From Lytechinus pictus (Eukaryota): a DNA stretch of 64,000 bases. The position numbers were made by a program, and so were the translations under genes. Numbering within the stretch: the stretch's first letter is position 1; each line of letters begins with the position of its first letter. This document shows positions 1 through 9,854 of the stretch, piece after piece. The DNA is taken from NCBI RefSeq assembly GCF_037042905.1, contig NC_087250.1, positions 14,448,001 through 14,512,000 on the forward strand, in the 5' to 3' direction. The notes beneath the pieces were generated by a model. That model did no database searches, was not told where the DNA came from, and was given only the letters and a program-made list of their open reading frames with translations.

Positions 1-704
1 TTCTCTTCAACCTCGTGGTGATAGCGGACCCCGCCATAAACTTTTAAAGACTGTACTATTGACGGAGCTTATTGCGTTACTCTCTTACATCGTTTATGAT
101 GATATACATTTTATTTTCAACCTCGTGGTGATAGCGGACCCCGCCGTGAACTTTTAAAGATCGTGCTACTGACGGAGCTCATTGCGTTACTCTCTTACAT
201 CGTTTATAATGATATAAATCTTCTCTTCAACCTCGTGGTGATAGCGGACACCGCCATAAACTTTTAAAGACTGTACTATTGACGGAGCTTATTGCGTTGC
301 TCTCTAACATCGTTTATGATGATATTCATTTTATTTTCAACCTCGTGGTGATAGCGGAAGCCACCGTGAACTTTGAAAGGTCGTATTACCGACGGAGCTC
401 ACTGCGCTACTCTCTAACCCCGTTTATAATGATATAAATCTTCTCTTCAACCTCGTGGTGAGAGCGGACCCCGCCATAAACTGTTAAAGACTGTACTATT
501 GACGGAGCTTATTGCGTTACTCTCTTACATCGTTTATGATGATATACATTTTATTTTCAATCTCGTGGTGATAGCGGATGCCGCCGTGAACTTTGAAAGG
601 TCGTATTACCGACGGAGCTCACTGCGCTACTCTCTTACCCCCTTTATGATGATAGACATCTTCTCTTCAACCTCGTGGTGATAGCGGTCCCCGCCGTGAA
701 CTTC
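1..704. repeat. 110-bp tandem repeat (minisatellite) with 220-bp dimeric higher-order structure, running off the window's left edge
   Basis: Units start at 1, 111, 221, 331, 441, 551 and 661, alternating ttctcttcaa/ttattttcaa before cctcgtggtgatagcgg. Confidence 0.95.
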
Positions 705-1699
705 AAATTGATTTGAAAACGCTAGCTACCCAAAACATTTTAATAACATATTTCAAATCATCGTGCGTGCTTGCGTCTTCTACTTCATTTTAATTGCACT
801 TGCGACTTTAAGATGATGCGTCGTATGAGATCATTCCAATAATTCTAAATCGCTAGCACCTAAAAATACTTCTCAAAGATGTCCCGCCGATCGTTCATTA
901 ACCTGTGATCTATGAGAAATATTTTCATTTTATTTTCCTTTGCGCCTTTGCTCGGAAGATGCGTCTTTCGTTTATCTTTCTAATAAAAATCACTCGGTTT
1001 ATTTTAAAGCAATAACACCTCAAAACCCCTGGCTTTAAAACATGTTCCAAACGATCGCGCATGTTGGCGACTTCCATTCCAATGCATTCGTCTTTGTGAC
1101 TTTGTCAGGCAGATGTGCGCGACCGCGAACAACATTTTGATGTATTCCTTTGTTTTTAAACATCGCCGATTCGATTTCTATTTTAGAAGCTTAACTGCCG
1201 ATCCGATTTTCGATCTGATTTTTGATCCGATTTACAACATTATCTGTAATGTTAAATATCCTTTCTAATTTCATGTGTATCGTGTAGTCTTATATATAAC
1301 TATTTAGTTATGATTTATTTAATCAACTTGTTTTACATTGTTTCATCATATTTTGTTGTTTGCGTGAAAGTTTGATGTCAAACTTATTGTACTTTTTGCA
1401 TATCTTAGGTTTTAAGATTCATGAATCTTGTATTAGTTACGATGCATTTAGCGCTACTTAAAAACTGATTATTAGTGTAATTCTCATATGTAACTTAGAA
1501 GTAATGATCGTTTACTCAACCTGTTTTACAATTATTTTAATCATATTTTGTTGACTGCGTAAGTGTTTTTCATGGCAAACTTATTTGTTTTTGTATTTTT
1601 ATATATTAAGTTTTACAATTCATCGTGTAAATTTAGTGGTCTAGACTTAATTGATGTAGTTTGTAGATTTCCGTAGACCTGTGTTTTTTCATAGATGTA

Positions 1700-1842
1700 C
1701 ATTGTCTTCAATTACTGATGTAAGGACCCCATTGGAAATAAGCCATCTCGGCTTTCATGGGTAATCCTGTCAAGGTATACACTTCTGTTTATATTTCCTT
1801 GTACTTGTTCATAGTTACCTGACAAATAAAATTGATTGATTT

Positions 1843-1876
<34 letters not shown>
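1700..1876 (+). mobile_element. 3' end remnant of a CR1/L2-group LINE
   Basis: 3' hairpin (1722-1769), AATAAA, then (ATTG)n tail. The preceding AT-rich DNA is probably 3'UTR; 5' boundary unknown. Confidence 0.55.
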
Positions 1877-2350
1877 GTGATTTTATTTCTCATGATAAAA
1901 AACAATACAAAATATATACATTCAGAATATAAAACGTTAATAATTGAATTACATATATAGTAATCAGGTACATGAATTTGAGATTATAGAGAACTTATAA
2001 GAGAAATATGGGAAAAACCAAAAAGCTACAAGGAGCTTGAAAGGGGTTATTCCCATTTAAAGAATACGATTGCAGAAATACATATACATAACTTGATAAA
2101 ATAACATACAAATAAAGCATAAATAAACTTAACTGTAACTTGCCCAAGAAAACTCCTAAACACCCCCCCCCCCCCTTACATGAACAAAATCGACCTATCT
2201 TCCAACTAATATGTAGATAAAATATGGTATTTTAATTTTCTTTTGAATGCCGATAAAAATGAGTATTGCTTGATCTCAGTGTTCAATTAATTGAATATTC
2301 CACTTCCCATGATCTGAAGGAAGAAGTACCATTGAGAGGCAGCACTTTCC
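1877..2350 (-). mobile_element. Degenerate LINE 3' fragment, tail-to-tail with the previous one
   Basis: Minus strand reads ..AFKRKLK at about 2231-2250 (typical ORF2 C-terminus); AAGC/GCTT hairpin at 2004-2057. Confidence 0.55.
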
Positions 2351-4230
2351 TCTGTAGCAATTCGCTTGTAACATAATTTATGCCCTGTATATCAATCAGT
2401 CGCATAAAAACACGTGCAATTCTAAACAATTCTATTGTCTTTTATTGCTCTGATTCGTTTAAAATTAGCATCTATCTAAAATTTTAACTCTACAGTGCAA
2501 GTGCACTTTTACATAGCTTAGTGTAATCCAATTATCTTTTCAACTTTTGACAACTCAGCCCCACTGAAAATTAGGTCCCAAGTTCTCTCTAGGGGTATGA
2601 ATCTATTGTGTCAAAACAATCGTTTACAAATGTTTGAATTGAAATTAATTGCGATCAGTTCTGCAGTGAATTGATCTGTGTTATTTTTGTATAAAACTGA
2701 GAAAAACCTTTTTTTTTAATTAAAATGAGCAAGAGATAAAACTTTGCCAAGGCTGTGTAGTGAGAAACTCGACCTCGGCTGCACATGAAAATTCTCATCA
2801 TCCGGACACAATGAGGTGTTGCTATGTCCGGCAAGCCATTTGTCCCATACAGGCAAAAACTCAATTTTTCCATCGAAAAACTAAGTTTATCGGCAATAAA
2901 CTAAGTTTATCATTTGTACGAGTTCTGTTCATGAAGAGAAACTAATTTTATCACCAAAATACAGTTTTTCCCAAAAACCTAGTATTTTGCTTGAAAAACT
3001 GAGTTATAATCATATTAAAAAACTCAGTTTTTCAGTGACAATCATAAGGACCTACTGGGCATTTTCACGGTAATTGACGTTACAGCACAATTTGACACAC
3101 CTTTCATTGTGTGTATCTCTAAACCAATAAATATGGGAGTTTGCTTTTGATAGAGTTAATAAAGTGAACCTTTCTGTATACTCTGATACTAAGTTTTTCA
3201 ATGCAACCACGTTTGTTACGCATCCGCAAGCAAAAATGTAATTTCAGGGTGTTCAGTAAAATTAAAATATCTCATGTCCCTGAGTACATACAGTAATAAG
3301 TTGTATACGTAAATATAGCCTACCTTCGTTACTAGGTTAAGATGTGTCAAAATATTAAATAATGTGTTATTGTCTTTTGGGGCTATGATAATATTTCCAC
3401 GACCATGCTGGTAACTGACGTTAGGGTAACTGACGTTACACTTAAATTTGCCATAGAGATAACACATGGAAGTCAAATGTGTAGAATCATTGCATTGTAT
3501 CGTGTGTGCAGGGCTTCACATTAAAGTGAGTTTGATGTGGAAGTATACCCCAGTTTCTAGGAACATTTCAATGAATTTTTTTTTTCTTAATTCCTATTCT
3601 TTGATTTGAACATTTTATACAATGTACTTGTACCATTGCTATATGATTTTCAAAGGCATTATTTTCTTGGTAGTTGGTACTTATATGTAAGGCTTTTAAA
3701 AATCATAAAAGTTTCATAATACTTCACATTTCAAATTATCAAAAGATAAGAAATGTATGTTTTACTTACTGGGGGGTGGGGTGGGGGTGGGGAGGGCATA
3801 GCAGCTACATGAAAATCCTACTTTTTTAGACCCCTTGTTTCTGAACAACAATGTTTTTTTAATAAGAAGTACCGATGGTGATATTTTTGACGCGAGATAT
3901 GGTGATTTAAGTAAGAAAATTTTACTGCGCATGTTCCAAGAAAATATACGTTACCGATGATTTATTCCTTTTTTTTTTTATTCTGCCAGAGAGGAAAAAC
4001 TGGCAGCCGTGTGTTGCTGCCCTCTACGTTCATTGAGTTATGCTTTTTATCAATGCGAGCGACTAGTTCCAAACGCACGCACATAGATAAGCGCAAGCAG
4101 CAACGCAGCGGCACGAATCGCGATATATGGCAACTGGTAAAACGTCTGTGAGGATGATGACGTCATCCAAGATGGCAACTAACATGCACTCACACGTATT
4201 GCGAGGTTAGTAGTATACTAACCTCGCACC

Positions 4231-6910
4231 ATGAACCAATTTGCCAATTGTGAGAAGATCTGACTTAGAGAAAGGATCAGAAATTATATGGTGCCAACTT
4301 AACCTAATACATAGAAGACCAATTTTATTGGCTACGGTCTATAAACCTAAACACAATGATATGACTACTGTGTATTCTCTTAAAGAATCACTTGACTTGA
4401 TAAATGCTCATGTTAAGCCTTATGATGTCATCATCCAAGGAGATTTTAATCAAAGTAACATTGACTGGAAAGAGGCAATTGTATTGCAAACAAGTTCAGC
4501 CTCAAAAGAAACTGCTGAAGCATTATTAGATGTTACAATTAGCAATGGCTTAGAACAGTTAGTAAATAGCCCAACAAGGGAAAACAATATATTAGACCTC
4601 TTCTTTTCAAATAACATTGCTGTCGTCCAAGACGTAAATGTCATCGCAGGGCTTAGTGATCATGATATAGTAGAATCAAGTATCAATGTCAAAGTAAGAA
4701 GGAATTGTAAACCTAAACGAGTAATTTTCCAAAGACAGAAAGCTGATGAGGAAAGAATTAAAGAAAGAATAAACCAGTTTTGTAAGAAGTACAGGGAAAG
4801 TTATATGAACTGCTCAACGCAGGATAAATGGGATAACTTGGAAAAAGAGCTGAAATCCATAATGAAGGACCACGTACCAGTAAAGTTGGCTTCTAATAGA
4901 CGAAATTTACCATGGTTCACAAGAACACATAGGAGAATGTGTAGGAAAAAACAAAGATTGTATAATAAAGCAAAGAGATCTGGTTTGCCCAAAGATTGGG
5001 ATATCTTCAAAAAGTTTTGCAATGTAATTAGAAAAGAATTAAATAAATCTAAATCAGAGTATATAACAGACAATTTACTAATGTCATTAAAAGAAAACCC
5101 AAAGGTTTTTTGGTCTATATTTGCAAAATTAAAGAAAGAAAGTACTGGTATTGATGACTTTCTAATCAATAATAAAATAATAAGTGCTGATAAAGAGAAA
5201 GCTGTGCTTCTTAGCAAGGTATTTGTAAGCAACTTCACAAAAGAGGATGTAACAAATGTACCACTAATCTCTACTCAACTACCGGAAATACAAAAACTTG
5301 TTATTAGTGAATCTGGAGTACTTAAACAACTACAGAACATTAATCCTAACAAGGCATCTGGACCAGATGACCTTCCTCCGTGGTTCTTTAAAATGGTAGC
5401 AAATGAAATAACCCCAATTTTAACTGATATATATCAGTCCTCAGTAAATGAGGGTTATGTACCTTTACAGTGGAAAAGGGCTAATATTTGTCCTATCTTT
5501 AAAAAAGGGGAAAAGTCAGATCCAAATAATTATAGAGGAGTATCATTGACTTGTATTGCTTGTAAGATCCTCGAACACATTGTACATTCCCATATTATGA
5601 AGCATTTGGAAATGCATGAAATCTTGGTTGACAACCAACATGGTTTTAGAGCAAAACGTTCTACTACCACCCAATTAGTACTTACTATCCATGACATAAC
5701 AAATGCTCTTGAGAAAGGAAAATCTGTACATGTAGCTTTCCTAGACTTTGCCAAAGCGTTCGATAAGGTTCCACACGAACGACTACTGAGAAAACTCCAA
5801 TCATATGGCATTACTGGATCGCTCCTAAAGTGGGAAAGACACTTCCTCACAGGACGCTTCCAAACAGTCTTGGTCAATGGATCTCCCTCCGAGGAGTTGC
5901 CAGTGCTCTCAGGAGTGCCCCAGGGCACAGTAACCGGCCCACTAGATTTTCTTATGTACATCAATGATCTACCTGATGGCCTCCTGTCAACGACAAGGCT
6001 GTTTGCCGATGATTGTGTCATTTACACTTCTGGCACAAATTCTAATGACTTTCAAATCCTCCAAGACGATCTGTCAAAACTAGAAGAGTGGCAGAATAAA
6101 TGGGCCATGTCCTTCAATCCAGCCAAATGTGTCATCATGAAAATACCATCCAAGGCAGTACAGATTCCAACAGAAAGAGATTACACCTTCTGTGGCCAAA
6201 AACTACAAGAAGTGTCTACATGCTCTTACCTTGGTGTTGAAATGGATAACAGGATGCGCTGGGACGCCCAGATCAACAAAGTCTGCTCTAAAGCTTCCAG
6301 AGTACTCGGTTTCCTGAGAAGGAACTTTTGGTCTGCTCCCAAGGAAATAAAACAACTTTCCTACCAAACGTTGGTGAGACCAATCCTGGAATACGCCTCC
6401 CCTGCATGGGATCCCCATTACAAGAAGGATACCCAGAAAATAGAAGCCATTCAGAGAAAGGCAGCTCGTTTCTGTATGGGGAACTACAGACAAACCAGTA
6501 GCGTCACAACCATGTTACGGGCCTTAGAATGGGACTCATTGGAAGACAGACGGAAATACAGTAGACTGAGCCTAATGTTCCAAATAATCAAAGGTCTTGT
6601 TGCCATCAACCCCAAAAACTTCATCCAGCAAAACACCCGGCAGACTAGAGGAAATAGTATCAAGCTCCAGCGTCTACTAGTCAAAAGGGATGTTCATAGA
6701 TACAGCTTCTTCCCTCGAACTACCAAAGATTGGAACGAGTTAAACATGGACACAACATTGATAAACTCATTAGACTCTTTCAAATCCAAACTCAATCAAA
6801 AACCTAGCAAGTGACCTGCTTACTTGGTGATTTCACACACATCAATAAAGTTGGCGGAGTACAGCAAGTCTGCATATGCCGACTTAACCCAAGACAAGAC
6901 AAGACAAGAC
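4231..6910 (+). mobile_element. 5'-truncated CR1-like non-LTR retrotransposon, young copy
   Basis: Open ORF2, short 3'UTR with AATAAA (~6844) and (CAAGA)n tail 6890-6910. Confidence 0.93.
4241..6814 (+). CDS. LINE ORF2: partial APE endonuclease plus reverse transcriptase (N-terminus missing)
   Basis: EN motifs GDFN, LDLFFSN, SDH; RT motifs DFAKAFDKVPH, GVPQG, LFADD, YLGV; C-terminal SFFPRT..WN; 857 aa with no stop. Confidence 0.93.
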   Translation: MPIVRRSDLEKGSEIIWCQLNLIHRRPILLATVYKPKHNDMTTVYSLKESLDLINAHVKPYDVIIQGDFNQSNIDWKEAIVLQTSSASKETAEALLDVTISNGLEQLVNSPTRENNILDLFFSNNIAVVQDVNVIAGLSDHDIVESSINVKVRRNCKPKRVIFQRQKADEERIKERINQFCKKYRESYMNCSTQDKWDNLEKELKSIMKDHVPVKLASNRRNLPWFTRTHRRMCRKKQRLYNKAKRSGLPKDWDIFKKFCNVIRKELNKSKSEYITDNLLMSLKENPKVFWSIFAKLKKESTGIDDFLINNKIISADKEKAVLLSKVFVSNFTKEDVTNVPLISTQLPEIQKLVISESGVLKQLQNINPNKASGPDDLPPWFFKMVANEITPILTDIYQSSVNEGYVPLQWKRANICPIFKKGEKSDPNNYRGVSLTCIACKILEHIVHSHIMKHLEMHEILVDNQHGFRAKRSTTTQLVLTIHDITNALEKGKSVHVAFLDFAKAFDKVPHERLLRKLQSYGITGSLLKWERHFLTGRFQTVLVNGSPSEELPVLSGVPQGTVTGPLDFLMYINDLPDGLLSTTRLFADDCVIYTSGTNSNDFQILQDDLSKLEEWQNKWAMSFNPAKCVIMKIPSKAVQIPTERDYTFCGQKLQEVSTCSYLGVEMDNRMRWDAQINKVCSKASRVLGFLRRNFWSAPKEIKQLSYQTLVRPILEYASPAWDPHYKKDTQKIEAIQRKAARFCMGNYRQTSSVTTMLRALEWDSLEDRRKYSRLSLMFQIIKGLVAINPKNFIQQNTRQTRGNSIKLQRLLVKRDVHRYSFFPRTTKDWNELNMDTTLINSLDSFKSKLNQKPSK

Positions 6911-7669
6911 CGCGTTTGGCAGTGGATTTCTAACTAGTGGGTCGCGCGTGCAGGGATCCCACTTCTGGTGTCCACAACACACGACTTCTATGGCTTGATT
7001 TATTTGTGCGCGGCGGCATGTAATGAACCCTTGGCTTGGGTGACTTACATGTAGATCTTAATGACCAATATAAGATCGAGGATGATTAGCGGTAACTGCG
7101 GTCTAACTCCAAGGTACAATATTTCTGAATTTTATATTTTCTTGTAAATTTGGATGTAGATTCTAATTTCTTTTTTATAATGTGACATTTTATGTACAAA
7201 AAAACGATCTGAAAATCGGGTTTCCGCCCAATGTTAGATCTAACGTTCCTGCTAATTCAGTAGAGGCGCACGGCCAATATTGGAGACTGTCTCCAATGTG
7301 GGAGATTATCTCCAATATCAGAGACTTTTGTAAAGAATTTGGGTATCCAATTTCAGAGACAGTCTCCAGTTTTGGAGTCCAATTTCCTTGTTTACATTTG
7401 CTGCAAAAGGAATACCTTGGCGGCAAATAAAAATGTGATAAGCAGATTCCTCATGAAAAATTACCCCTTTTCACCGTCTACTTTAAAAATTCACCATCTA
7501 CTTTTGTTTTGATAAGGATTTTTGTTGTCAATCACACACAAAACAAATGGGCTTCTGACTTCAGTAAGACAAAATTTTGGGTGGAAAAAATCATGCTTTT
7601 GTTGGTGTTGTTTCTTTTGTCCTTTTGCAAAGCAAGTCATTAGACATTACTGTAGGCGTAGCCGTAGGC

Positions 7670-7842
7670 TAGTCTGCAGGCACAGACCCTGATTGGAACT
7701 TTGATCAATAAGTGTGCCTCCACGCAAAGACTAGCACATACAAAACTTGCTGTCCTGAGCGAGAGAGCCTTCAGTACACAAGGCATGAGTAGGCTGCATA
7801 TTCAGACCCTTAACTCGAGTGAAGGGTTTGCCCAGCAGACTA
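7670..7842. mobile_element. 173-bp MITE with TAG...CTA termini and 9-bp TSD
   Basis: TIR tagtctgc(aggcacagaccct)/(agggtttgccca)gcagacta; GCCGTAGGC at 7661-7669 and 7843-7851. Confidence 0.75.
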
Positions 7843-7956
7843 GCCGTAGGCCTACTTAGTAATAGTATTGGAGAGTCTCCTCTACTGTAATAGTAATACG
7901 TTGTATCTATTCTACGTACAGACCAACAACTCTTCAGTCTATGTATTACTATTGGT

Positions 7957-8557
7957 TAGACCAAAAGCTTCGGTCTCTGTTATGTTGGTTGTTCAGCTGA
8001 ACTCCGTTGGCTTCACTCACCAAATACAGAGACCGAAGTTCTAGCGCGATCTGTACAGGGGACTCAGACTCAGAGGCCATATGTTTATGTGTATTAAGTT
8101 CGGATAAAACAGGGCAGTGAAGTTGCGCGACAGCCGAGGTAAGTCACTGTTTTTCATTTGTTCCTTTTAGTTTTAACTTGATTTTCCCCGTTTTTTGGCA
8201 ATTAATGCCAAGAGGGAATATTAATTTGCATTTTGGTCGCATTAATTTTCAAAAGTTTGATTCATGAAAGACAAAAATTGAAGAGCCCCGACGGGGGGAT
8301 TTTGCATTGTAAGTCCCCTATAATGGTGGCTGCACGATAGCTAACCCAGGGAGCTCCCGCCCGTGCGCGGGCGGGAGCTCCCTGGGTTACACGATAGCGA
8401 GCCGTCTGTGTACGACTACGAGGAGAAATTTAAAAAATGAAAAATGTTTAAAAAACTCCTCGAAACAGACGGCTGCCAGCTGTCTATGTATTGGTGAGTG
8501 GAGCCAACGCAGTTCAGCGGAACAACCAAAATACAGAGACTGAAGCGTTTTGGTCTA
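7957..8557. mobile_element. Putative MITE with ~70-bp imperfect inverted arms
   Basis: 7957-8025 is the imperfect reverse complement of 8489-8557; no clean TSD. Confidence 0.55.
8342..8389. mobile_element. 48-bp perfect hairpin mini-element with 9-bp TSD
   Basis: 22-bp perfect arms taacccagggagctcccgcccg, loop tgcg; CACGATAGC at 8333-8341 and 8390-8398. Confidence 0.85.
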
Positions 8558-9854
8558 GCTACATGTACTATTGTAGGTACCGTAGGTCTTGCAGTGCCCG
8601 TCCGCTGCCCGCCGCTATCGTCTCGAGCCTGGCCCCTGCCCCCCGGGCGTTGTTGGCTAGTTGGAGCATTATGATTAAATTCAGGCTTGGGCCTTGGCCG
8701 AATCACGCCGCTCCAAAGACTAGAATACCATAGCATATATAAATAAAAAATGCACTGATTCTTTAATACTCACCAGAATTAATCTCCAATAAATCTCATA
8801 AATTCCCCAAACCGTAGACCGAGAGGAGCAATAAAATAGCAATTTGTAAACTTGCAGGAAAGGCCAAAGCCCAAGTAGTTGGCCTCCCGTATATATACCG
8901 TATATTATCAGCTGGAAAATGTTTCTTTGTCCATTAATGAACGTAGAGGGTGTCAAGCGATCAGGTCCTGATGATCAATATTGATAACTCTTGATCAGGG
9001 TCTGGGTCTCGTTTCAATAACAAATGCATATATTTACAATCAGCTAATCAGAACGAAGGGTTTCAATAGCTTAAACTGTTACTGTAAATTTGTTATCATA
9101 ACATGTATTATGAAAAGGACCACAGGAGGTGGGCAAATTAAATGAATAATAAAAAGTTATAAACATATGAATATCGATGTTCAAGTCTTCTAAACTGGGT
9201 TTTATTGAATCAAACTTTTACAAGAGCACTGCACAAAATCCACCCAGTCAAAATGGACAATATTTTTTACACGTACTGGCTATATAGCTTCAGTATACTG
9301 AGCAAATGTCAATAATTAAAAGATTGGTTCAATCACGAAGAGCTAGGCTATAGCCCCTCACATCAATTCGTTTCTATTCTAATGAACAAATTAAGTCACA
9401 ATGGCAAATGGAAATGAGATGGGATTAAACAACTGTCCTGTCCAGTTATTACACATGCCCTTCAATGGCATATTTAAGTGATTGGTTCAATCACCAAAAA
9501 GCTACAAAAATTTTTATGACTTAAGATTCTCTTTGATTGTACCAATATCTTAATTATTTGCATGCTTGATTATTGAAGCTATATAGTCTGCCGTGAAAAA
9601 CATTGCTCATGTCGACTGAGTGGAATTCGTGCAGTGCCTTTGTGAAATTTTGATCAGTTTCTTTCGGAACCCAGTTTTTTAATGTAATATAGTTCCTTTG
9701 GAAAATAAGAGACCAGTTACATTCACGGTGTCACACATATGTACATTTTATCTTGCGTAGGCTCCTACATTTTTTTTTTCACTTTTAGGCCTACACAAAA
9801 TGTGTTAATTGACTTGATTCGTAATTCCATCAACGGCCAATAACCCTACTAGCT

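Noticed and set aside
4450..6684. Minus-strand ORFs overlapping the LINE
   Set aside because: Antisense shadows of ORF2 with no independent features
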